Below, in pieces: positions 53,871 through 64,000 of a DNA stretch of 64,000 bases (the first letter of the stretch is position 1; the number at the start of each line of letters is the position of its first letter). This DNA is from Lama guanicoe (Eukaryota). The position numbers were made by a program, and so were the translations under genes. Under the pieces are notes generated by a model. It was not told the DNA's origin. It saw nothing but the letters and a program-made list of their open reading frames with translations, and did no database searches. Location: contig MU054323.1 of assembly GCA_013239625.1 (NCBI GenBank), positions 14,946,029-15,010,028 of the forward strand. Reading direction: 5' to 3'.

Positions 53871-53883
53871 AAGAACTTTAGAA

Positions 53884-54355
53884 ACTTTGATGTTAGATTT
53901 AAACATATTTAAGATTAATGTAGAATCTTGATCATTTAATTTTTTTATCTGATATTAACACAGTCAAGTCAGCTTTCTTATGCTTAGTGTTTGTAGGCAA
54001 TATATGTATTTCTGTCCTTTAACTTATAGCCTGTCTGTGTCTCTGTCTTTAAAGTATTTCTTGTAAGCAACAGGTAGATTATTCTTTATTCTTTTTTAAT
54101 CCTACCTAATAATATCCATCTTTTAATCAGGTTCTTTAACCTATGTACAGTTAATGTAATTATTCAGCAATCTATATTAAGTCTATGATCTCGGTGTTTT
54201 CTGTGTCCTGTATTTCTTTGTTCCTTTGCTCCCTTTTCCAAGCCTGGAGGTGGGGGCACTAAACTGAGTATCTTTTAATATTCCATTTACACCCTCTATT
54301 GACATTTTAGCTATGCTCCTTTATTAAATTTGTAGTGTGGATTACAATATGCATC
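53884..54355 (-). mobile_element. continuation of the old L1
   Basis: ttatctgatattaacac...cagctttcttatgcttagtgtttg...tcttgtaagcaaca. Confidence 0.7.
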
Positions 54356-54359
54356 TTTA

Positions 54360-55060
54360 ACCTTCAAAAGGCATGCTTCTGCTTGTCTTTGCACACGGTA
54401 TTCCCTTTTCCTGGAATTTTTTTCTCCTCAGATATCTTTAAGGTTCTTTTTCTCACTTCCTTCAGGTCACTGCTCAAATGTCATTGCCTTAGAAAAGCCT
54501 TTCATAACTCCTTTATACAAAATAGTAACCCACCTCTCTGGGTTGCCTTTTGTATCTTGTTTTATTTTATCCATAGTGTTTTTACATTTAAGGAAATTTG
54601 ATTAACTGAGGTAACAAATGAGCCTGACTGCTTAAGGGGGGTTTGTTGTGTTCAATTTGAGTTTATTCAAATTAATAATCACAAGTCAATATGATTATTG
54701 ATATTTTAACATAATTCTGAAAACTATTTCAAAATTTGTAAATTGAAATCAAAGGCTTAATTTTTTTTATAAATCTATTACTTATTTAAAAGTCAGCTAA
54801 CTGTAAATAAACCTTTCAATGTTCAAAATCTCTTCAACACTATTTGCCTTCTCTCATTCTTCACATTTCCACTTAAAATTAACTTTTTTGGAATGTTTTT
54901 CTCATCCCTCAAGTCTAGGTTATAAGACTCCTCCTATATACTTCTTGAACACTCTTTCTGTTGGAATATTTATCACACAGTATGATAACTGACATTTTGT
55001 CTCCCAAAATCTAGCACAGTCCCCAACACACAGGAGGCACTCAATAACTATTGGCTGAAA
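54360..55060 (+). mobile_element. L2 fragments
   Basis: ctcacttccttcaggtcactgctcaaatgtca; atctagcacagt...caggaggcactcaataactattggctgaa. Confidence 0.65.
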
Positions 55061-56215
55061 GAAGGGAAAAGATGACAGGAAGGAAGAGTGGGAGAGAGAA
55101 GAAGAAAGCAGCCCTCCTCTACTACTCTCAGTCCACATTCCTTCAATATTCAGTGTTCTTTTTAACCTTACAAAGTATTCAAATTTTCAAAGTAAAATAT
55201 ATTAAAAATAGAAGCACTTTTTCACTTCAGTTAGATCCCACATAATTTAAGCTTTGCATCTGAGCTTGAGAGGGGGAAGTCATTCTTTCTGGCTGTAAGT
55301 AATGCTTGAGCAAACTCTTACTGGTTTACTAAGGCTACACACAGACACAGAGTAAATTTTCAGAATAACGAGATTCTATTACTTTTGTAGGTTCCATATA
55401 GTTCCAAGTACAATATGCACTGTTATGAAATATTAAACCAAATGCCACTATTTCTTGACTTAACATGTTCTATCTTGTTGCTTAGTTACTTTGTTCTACA
55501 AAATTTCAAATTAACACTTGCCACTTGAAGCAGAAATTTTAAGGTGAGAAAAGCTTTGAAGATAATGACTCAGTCCTGCAGTCTACCCAGATTTTCCAGA
55601 AGATCCTTCAAGATGTTTATATGTGCAAAAGCAGAGTGACTCTTCCTGGATATGACAGTCTACCCTTTCAGCATTTCACATCAGTCTTCTTCCCTTTCCG
55701 TATGCTTTGTTTCAGTGCCACTCTGTTCATCTTTCTTTAAATACATCATAATCACCAATGCTTGCATATCTACTGTGCCTATGTCCTGGATTTCTCATCT
55801 CACTTTTACTTTTTTATCTAACTTCCCACATAAGAATCAATCATCTCTTCCTCTGTATGTTTCTAAACCCTATACTGTATTACTCATATCTACCATATGT
55901 TATTTGGTATAAACATAATTATAACTAATATATTCATATATAAATATAAATTTTATACCTGGGGAAAAAAAGAACTGTTCCCTCTTGTAGTATCTTTCCA
56001 GTAGTATACCATGTTTGTTCAACATAAATTAAGGCACAAGCTCTTTTCAAGTACAAAGGGAAAACTCGAGGGGCCTTAGTATGAGCAGGATTATTCCACA
56101 GTCTTTTCTACGAAAGAAAAAAAATTGGCTCGTTCCTCATCTGGGATAGGAAGGAGCAGACCAAAAGACAGAGGAAATGGTGATGGATGATCAAAGGCCC
56201 CATAACGTAAAATGT

Positions 56216-57300
56216 GATCCCATCCAGGTATTGCTGAATAACTATGGTAAAGCTACAAATTCATGAAATGCTTTCATGACAGAAGATTTTTGTAAGAAAC
56301 TGGTAGAAGTTGGAGTTCTGTACTCAAATGGCAGGGGTGAAGTTATGACTGAAAGGACAGATGAAGTCAAGTGATGGCCTTGAGAAAGAAAGGTAAGAAA
56401 ACAAAAGTAATAAAATGCTGGTGATTTGAAGCAGGTTTATAGAAATAGCATATTCTTATAGTCACTTAGGTTTCATTTCTGACTCTCTGTCTTGGATCCT
56501 GTGATCTAGCATGCGTTGGCCAGATACATCTTGTATGTAGTCATCCACCCTCAAAAACAGTCGAAGTTGTGGATATTCTGGCCTTGACTCAAATCTGGTC
56601 AAGAAGTCGAATAGGGATACCTGACCAGGTACAAATCCTGAGTGCTCTTGGAATACACCTCAGAGTCACAGCGAAGTTCTGGAAACTACTACCTATACTT
56701 TTGAACGGCATCAACTGGAAAACTAGGCATATAGGAATATGAACTTACTAGACTCAGCACTCTAAGAAACTCCCACATGAAGCATCTGACTGGAGGTTGT
56801 TTTTAACACAGTTTAACTGACACACCATGCTTTAAGAAACTGAAGAAATGTTTCCTAGAAGGAGAAAAAGTCCACTGTTTGTATGTTTAAATTGGTAAGT
56901 CTCTCTCTCCTGTTTTTACCTATGGAGAGCAGAATACCTGGATTTGACTGCTCCTATGTCATTGTCTCTCAGGCAGATATTGGAATCTCTGAACAAGGCC
57001 ACAAACTACTAGAAATAAGGGACATTTTAAGGGAACATATACTTAGGTTTTGCAGAGGAGGATTTGGGGCTTGGGAGAAAACAAGCTCCTGAAATGTTGC
57101 AATACAGTCGCAGATCTTGAAAGTGAAAAAGTGACAGAAATTAATAGAAAGTTGAGAGGATACAGCATATGGTACCAGGGAAACTATCTTGCAAATAGAA
57201 GAGTTTATAGTATTAGAATGGGTATTCCAAAAAATGGAGAAATTCCATGACTGAAGTTCAAATTTCTGACCACTAGCAAGGGAATGGGGCAGAAATATTT
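56216..57300 (+). pseudogene. candidate degraded endogenous bornavirus-like nucleoprotein element (EBLN-like)
   Basis: one + frame with several stops carries HPGI (56221), KFWKLLPILLN, PHEASDW (56773), YxxxxEYL (E at 56932), YLG, KQAP (57079), PG and GNGAEI in the order of bornavirus N as I recall it; matched from memory, not searched. Confidence 0.4.
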
Positions 57301-57664
57301 TAAGACACACGAGACATTTTGAGTCACCCATTCAGCAAAGTGCTTTGAAAAATCAGACCCAGGGAATAATTTATAGCAATGTTTTACTAGAAAAAAATTT
57401 TGACCAAGTGAGCAGATTTTCAGCCCCTAAATTCTTACTATTAGTGAATCTATTTCAGAAAAAGAGAGAGTAACATGACATTAGTTGCCCTCTGGGATCA
57501 AGAATAAACAGGCTGCCAGACTGAGAGTGAGTGGCAAATCTGAATTGAGGTTAGTATGATGCAGACCCAGGAGTCAAACGCAGGTGCTAAAAGAAGTGAG
57601 CTGAAGCCGCTCTCCCACCCTTAGTAAGAAAGTATTGCTGTCATGAGCACTACTTAACGGGTCT

Positions 57665-58595
57665 TTTCTTTTCTTCTTTTTAGCACATTGTGGTACTATA
57701 TTTCTCCATCCCCTCTGAAGCTAGGTATGGCCACCCAACTTGCTTAGGCTGATGAAATATCAGCAGAAGTGATCAAGTCACTTTCAAGCAAATACAGTCA
57801 GTAGAAAAGTTGTCATATCTCTTACCACTGCTGTAGTGATTAAGGAAGTACATGCCAAGAGGGAGTCTCCATCAGCCTGGGCCCCTGACTGTCCCCAATA
57901 AATATGTACATATAATAAGATTGAAAAGTAAACTTGTATTGTTGTAAGCTCTACTGGACACAACCTAAGGTGATCTCCAATAATGCTTCTCTCCTAGCAT
58001 GCACACTTTTGTGTAATCCCCTCCCCATGAGTGTGGGTGCGACTTGCTTCTATGACTTGCCTCTAACCAACAGAACATGGCAAAAGTGATGGGAGGTCAT
58101 TTCTTCGATTACATTACAACACATTTAAGACTGTCTCACTAGCAGACATACTACACACAGTACAGACTCCCCTCACTGGCCCTGGAGAAGTAAGCTACCA
58201 TAAAATCAGGACCTGAGTTGGAGAAGCCCTGTGGCAGGGAACTGTGAGCAGCCTCTGGAAGATAACAGGACCTTCAGCATGAAATTAAAGCATCAGTCCT
58301 ACAGCCAATACGGGATAAGTTCTGCCAACAAAATGTGGGAGCTTAGAAGTGAATCTTTTCTTTCCCATGTTCATCCCCAGCCAACACCTTAAATGCAACC
58401 TGTTTGAGACTCTCATGCAGAGACCCCAGAACCTCAACTTCTGATCTGTAGAAACTGTGAGACAGTTAACGAGTATGTTTTAAGCCACCGAGTTTGTGGT
58501 AACTTGTCATGCAGCATCAGAAAACTAATATATCCGCCACTGCATTTTGGAAGTTGTTGATTACTGCAGCATAACCTGTTCTATTCCTTCTGACA
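57665..58595 (+). mobile_element. old MLT1 (I/J-like) LTR interrupted by another MLT1
   Basis: ctaggtatggccac...gaaatatcagcagaagtga; tgttgtaagc|cactgcattttgg rejoins across the insert. Confidence 0.7.
57950..58532 (+). mobile_element. MaLR MLT1E/F-like solo LTR, nested
   Basis: tgtaatcccctccccatgagtgtggg...ctaaccaacagaacatggcaaaagtgatggg...gtttgtggtaacttgtcatgcagcatcagaaaactaata. Confidence 0.85.
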
Positions 58596-58646
58596 GGGGG
58601 ATCCAGAATAAGCTCAATATTTATGGTCAAGATTATGCCTACAAAT

Positions 58647-58705
58647 ATAATGTATATGTGCAGTCAAACTGTAATAATTCTACCTAATAAAACTGATAAA
58701 AAAAA
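58647..58705 (+). mobile_element. very short retrotransposed insert with AATAAA and poly(A)
   Basis: 18-bp TSD aag(a/g)ttatgcctacaaat at 58629-46 and 58706-23. Confidence 0.8.
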
Positions 58706-59456
58706 AAGGTTATGCCTACAAATTCCTTTACAGAGTAACTCGAACTAGCCTGTAACAGACTCCCGATCTGTGGTTTTACTTATCCTAGTTATCTACCGTG
58801 TGCTACTATGTGCAGTTACAGTGACCCCGTATGTGTGGATGGAGTCAGATTTAAAGAACAGCCAGAAACTGTGACGTAGAAACACTCACATGTTGACTCG
58901 GATCACAGTGATTATGGGCACCCATAATACAGCACCCATGAGGTAAACTCTATGTTTGGATCCCAGAATTTTCAAAAAAAAATGATAATTTTGGATTATA
59001 CGCCATGTGTATTTGTAACATTCTATCCTCTGGAATACTATCACGTATTTCCAGATTTATATGCATCCTGGTTTGAAATGTGCAATCTTATACAAGCCAA
59101 CTTATATGAATTAGCTGCAAGATGAATGCATGGTAATGCTGACAAGAGTGGATGGATCTAGAATTCATAACATCTAATACACTTTTACAGTGGTAAGGCT
59201 GCTGGTTGGCATTTACGTTAAACCATCCTAGAGACTTATACAAGGTTGCATTTGGTTATTATTTGCCTCTGATTTGTTATCATTTTTCTCTTTTATGTCA
59301 CTTTTCAGTGTCTGGTATGTACTACATGTAAGTAATTTCTTCTATGTAAGTATCTGTCTTTTAAAAAGACTCTGAGAACCTTCAGTAAAGGGCTGACTCA
59401 TTTTGCTTCCTATATGCAAACTTAGCACGGTGCCTAGCAGTTGGTTCTTGGTTATT

Positions 59457-59531
59457 GGAATGGAAGTGAAGGGGACGGGAATGGGGATGGGGAAGGGGAG
59501 AGGTGGGGTGAAGAGGGGAGGGGAGGGGAGG
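59457..59531 (+). repeat. G-rich low-complexity tract
   Basis: nine G3-G4 runs between 59471 and 59528. Confidence 0.85.
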
Positions 59532-60377
59532 CCATGGTCTTGGTTATTTGGTTGCTGCTCACTGGCCAGGTTCTTGGTGATTCTGTATTTCCAGGACATG
59601 ATCTGTGGTAGGAAAAGGGTAAGAAGACACAGCACATACATTGTTCTAGCAGGTCTATGAGGACTGATTCAACCATTTAGAACTGAAATTTGAGGGCTGT
59701 TAGCCCCTTCCATAAATATACTTTTCTGAGTACTATTAGTACTTCCTCCACCGCAAAAGTAGTTGACCCAAAAGTTATGATTCTATTTCATGACCCTGTC
59801 CTTCAGTTGCTATTGAAAAAGGAGACAATAGACTCAATTTAGACCAATTAGATTTTGCCTCTTGAAAATCTGGAATTGGAATTCAACAGTTATCTGCTGG
59901 TTATGTGAACTGAAGAGGAAAAAACCCAGAAGCGACATGGGTGGCCATATGCACATAGAAGGAAAAAAAAATCACAATGCAGAAAGAATAGAGAAATCAC
60001 AAAGACAGTGCAGAAATAAGAAACCAGGAAAGAAGTAAGGGAGAGAACGGGAGAGAGAAAATAACCGATTGACTTGATGACCAAAGATTTTCATCCTTGG
60101 GTTTATTATAGTTAAATCTGTCTTTTACATTTATCAAAAATTGTGTATTTTGCTTAATTTGAAGTATGAAATTTATGAAATGTATTTTTAGTAAGGTATG
60201 CTGCTTTCTCCAAGGTCTGATTTTTTTTCCCTTTTATCATCCTAAATTAATCTACTAGATGGTATGAGAAGGATTCTCTAAGAGAGACTAAGGGGAAAAG
60301 TAGGGCACTCTGAAAATTATGAATAGTAAGATGAGATTGCATTTATCACCTGCTACTAGAAAGCAGTGTGCTACTCC

Positions 60378-60900
60378 AAAGCATCCTGGGTCCATAACTT
60401 CCCAAAGGGGCCATGGATAGAATTCAGGCAGTTATGATGGGGAAAAAAAGATATCCTTAGCTTTACCAACCTCTAACAGAAATTAGAATCTTCTCCAATT
60501 ACAGATGTAGGAAAATATACAGTAATATAAAACAATAACTTTAACTTTGTCATCAATAGAAATCAGAAATTTTCACATCCCATTACAGCAATCCCAGAAA
60601 TCTTGATTACAATTACTGTAATTAAAATAGTGTATACACTGATCACAATTTCAAAATGATGGTATTTATTAGACTCACCACTAGATAGTAGTATTTAATG
60701 CATTAATAAGAAAGCACACAATTACTATATCACAAATTTGTTTTTAATACTTTGCTAATTGAATTTCAATGTTATGGTTTCCTTTGTAATCCTATGTATT
60801 TTATTATACGAATTTTAAAACATTAATCTGAAAAGGGATACACAGACCATTTACCAGAATTCCAAAAGGGTGCAGGGCACATAAAAAGATCAAGAATCCT
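60378..60900. mobile_element. hAT-Charlie element (MER113-like)
   Basis: cctgggtccat...ggggccatggatagaattcagg...gggtgcagggcacataaaaagatcaagaatcc. Confidence 0.65.
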
Positions 60901-62254
60901 TACCAAGGAGACCAAAGAAAGGGGAGAATTAAGTGATCTGATTATTAGCAACGAAAATATCAAATCCATGGAAACGAGGGGAAGACCAGGCAGAACCAGA
61001 ACATCATGCCTCTGAGAATTACTGTATTTCCTACCTGTGGTTTGGACTTCCTACACCTACTGTGTTAAAAATTTGACTATATCTCTAAAGGATCTTAGTG
61101 GAAAATACAAAGGATAAAAATTTTTGTTTCTGCTATAGCTGAAGTCTTTATATGTTATGGCTGATGAAACAGTTTTAAGTGGTATTATCCTGCTGAGTCA
61201 AATCACTCAACTTGACTACCTGTTAAGGAACATAAGTACAGGTTGAATTGAATCTGGAAGGAGTAACGAAAAAAATATAAACCCCATCACTTCCATCATT
61301 TACACTTTTTTTCCTCTTATAAAGAAATGTTCCAATCCCCTTCAGTAACTTAGGATACTGTCAGCCTCTAGTTTTTAACCTAAACTAATCTGAAAAAGAA
61401 AATCTGTGGCTAGAATCACAAATGAGTGGGTTTGCAACCTATGACACTTAGGAAGTGAAGAACCATTGACAGTAATTATTTCTTTTCCCCTTGAGGGCCC
61501 CTAAGAAGGAAAGTATAGCATTTTCCTACTGAGGAAATTCAGTGTTCAGTGGACCATGCACAATTATAAAATTAGCTAATTGATAACTTATTAACAGTTG
61601 AAGCATGCACGTTCATCATTAGATATTTTTTAAGTAGACTTCTACTCTAATTTCAAATAAGTATCTCAAATGACACCTACCAAGAAACTTGGTTTTATTT
61701 CATATATTTTCTCTTGCATTTAAGTCTGCTATCTCTGGTCAGCTCTAGAATCTTTTAGAAGTTTAGGTATAAATAGAGAAAACCACTTACTACGAAGTCT
61801 CTGAAGTATCCTGTAATTAAAAATAAATCTATCGTATTATTCTTAACATACTAAAAATTATCACCAACATCCACAATAGAAATTGGTCTAGATAAAGAAA
61901 GGCCACCTCTGACTGCTTCCTTACCAGAGGAAAACACATACACTCCCAATTCTTGACTACATGAGAGTGATGAACACTATATAAAGGAAGAATAGCTGAC
62001 GGGTACATAAAGCCTGTTCTCAATATTTCTGAAGATCTATTTTATGAGAAGACTTAGTTTGAGCCATTCTGCTTGATCTACAAAATTCTGGAGTAAATTT
62101 TAGTCTCCTGAAAAATTAAGAGTGGCGAGAAAAAAAAAACTTATGAAGAGGATAGCTCTGTACTGTAATGTTCAAAGGTTAACTAAATAATGAACAGTCT
62201 TGATTCTAACACTCTCTTAATGCTGTACTTAATGGAGGTATTTGAATGCTGCAT

Positions 62255-62465
62255 ACTGGCAGGGTAAAGCTTGAGCTCAAATTTCGAACTCTGCCACTTT
62301 CCAGAGTTAATGGCAGTTCTACAGGAAAACGATTTAATGAGCCTCGGATAACTCATGTGTCAAAGGAAGAATACAACAATTCTCCCCACAGGGATGTGGT
62401 AAGGATTTCATGAAACAATAGAAGTGCCTAGTAACGCTCCTGCAGGTATTCAATAAATGTGGGCA
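62255..62465 (+). mobile_element. MIR
   Basis: ctctgccacttt...gagcctcgg...gtgcctagtaac...tattcaataaatgt. Confidence 0.7.
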
Positions 62466-63329
62466 CCCTACCGTCTTCTGCTGGTTTTGTATCCCTACTG
62501 AGCAGCTGGCCAAGCAAAAGATACAACAGCAAATTAAATGAATGCTGATCAGATGAGATGGAATCAAGGCAGAGAAGAAAACATAAATTTAGAGTGATTG
62601 AATTTGAGAAAGGACTAGACATGAAGAGAGGCAACAAAGCAATAGATCTCGAACAAGGAATAAAATAGCTTGAGCTTAGATGTCTTTAATTCTCATTAGT
62701 GTGAATCTCTGAAGGCCTTTCTTAGTTTCCCCTGCCTCAACAGTGTCTTTAGCATTCGCCACTGCTTCCAGAAAATCCTTGCTTTTCATTTTGATTGATT
62801 ATTTTGACCCCCAAACATTTAAATTAGGCTTATTATATTTTCAATAATTAAAAGGAAGTGGACTTACAATGGAAGCACATAATATTTCTTATTGCTTAAT
62901 GTCTTAAATTTAAATTTAGGTAATAAATCACTAGGGGACGGGGTGCCCATTCTAAAACCCCTTAGCCCAAATGGCTGGCTTGTTAAAACAACAATAAGGA
63001 GAATGAAAAAGAAGAAAGGAGAGAAAAAGAGAAAGAGGATGGAAGAAAGAGAAAAAGCATAATGAATAATACAATGCTTTTTTAAAAACTAATTTCAATT
63101 AGGTGAGCAGTGGGGTGGCTCCTTGAGAATACAGACATATGGTACTTCTGTTTCCCAAAAATCCAGCCAGGCATGGATTGTCTGCAAATTATAAGAAAAT
63201 ATATTGCCTTTTCCTTTTGCTTTTTCCTCTATAATCCCATATATTTCTTTGTTGTTACGCTTGCAGAAATGCCAAATGGACGTGATAAAAATTCAGAAAA
63301 GGAAAGGTAAAGCAATCATAAGCATTCAA

Positions 63330-63870
63330 AGTGGGAACAGTGCTAGGGAATAGAGCCAGCAATGCAAGAAGTAACTGAAAGAGTTAAACTTTTCAACCTG
63401 GGAAGACAAAACCAGAGGATGCCAACCATATTAAGATCTTAAAAATATAAAAAAGTGGTGATAGATGTGACTAAAACAAGCAGAGACTTAACTTTCAAAA
63501 TCTAAAATATTAGAGGGAGTCCCCTTTAGGGGAGAGATCCTTTTTAAAACTCAGAAAGGTAAACTTAGGACCAAAAAGAGGAAGTACTTAAGTACTTCTT
63601 TATCCAGCAGACAATCTTATAAAACTCTTAACCCATAAGAGGTAGGTACTAAGAGCAAATGTAAGTGAATTTTAAAAGGGATTGGCTGGATTTATACACC
63701 ACAGTGCCATCAATGGAGATTACAAGGAGCTGACACACATGCTCTACCTCTAAGGCTGATGTCAGGATGAAAAATTACAACTTCTCACAGTTCATTCCCC
63801 AGGACCATTGTCTGCACAGATTTGGGATCTGGATAGAACATTAATCTAGACCAGTCATGGTTATTTCTAA
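63330..63870 (+). mobile_element. CR1/L3-type LINE 3' region
   Basis: ttcaacctgggaagac...cttaggaccaaaaagaggaagtactt...ttttaaaagggattgg. Confidence 0.6.
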
Positions 63871-63914
63871 GTTTATAACCTTTATCCTCCTAATTTAAAA
63901 CTTTATAAAGTCAT

Positions 63915-64000
63915 GAGATAAGCTGGAAGAAAACTTTGAGTCTGTCTAGTTTAACTTCCCCATATTAGTCATAGGAAACTTGAGTCCCAGAGTCACACTG
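63915..64000 (-). mobile_element. MIR fragment running off the window end
   Basis: agctggaagaaaactttgag...ctagtttaac...ggaaacttgagtcccagag. Confidence 0.55.

Noticed and set aside
56463..56660. Minus-strand ~65-codon open stretch (SLFDFLTRFESRPEYPQLRLF...)
   Set aside because: No ATG or splice context; more likely the antisense shadow of the + strand candidate element
58789..58942. Possible coding exon between cctag and GAG|gtaaac
   Set aside because: Stops in all three frames
272..63310. Supplied ORFs as real protein-coding genes
   Set aside because: All are 140 aa or shorter, many begin at non-ATG codons, many lie inside repeats, and none resembles a host protein I recognise
1..64000. 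CRISPR array, operon or other prokaryotic system
   Set aside because: Sequence is clearly mammalian, with no regularly spaced repeats or gene-dense regions

Overview
AT-rich, CpG-depleted mammalian genomic DNA, most likely a camelid (alpaca/camel lineage), judged from three tRNA-derived Vic-1-type SINEs. I found no protein-coding gene, multi-exon model, rRNA, tRNA gene or CRISPR array; the window reads as intronic or intergenic. Much of it is interspersed repeat: young and old L1 (several with readable TSDs), a ~3 kb L2 still showing endonuclease motifs, CR1/L3, many MIRs, MaLR/ERVL solo LTRs (several nested), a solo LTR with a 4-bp TSD, and hAT elements. Repeat family names were recognised by eye and boundaries are approximate unless a TSD is given. 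Most of the supplied ORF track is chance or repeat-derived. The most interesting signal is a ~1.1 kb non-repeat stretch (56.2-57.3 kb). One stop-riddled + frame there carries ordered, similarly spaced motifs resembling bornavirus nucleoprotein, making it a candidate degraded endogenous bornavirus-like N element that is unverified and needs a tBLASTn/HMM search. Also noted: several strong inverted repeats, CpG-retaining unique segments and two weak candidate exons.
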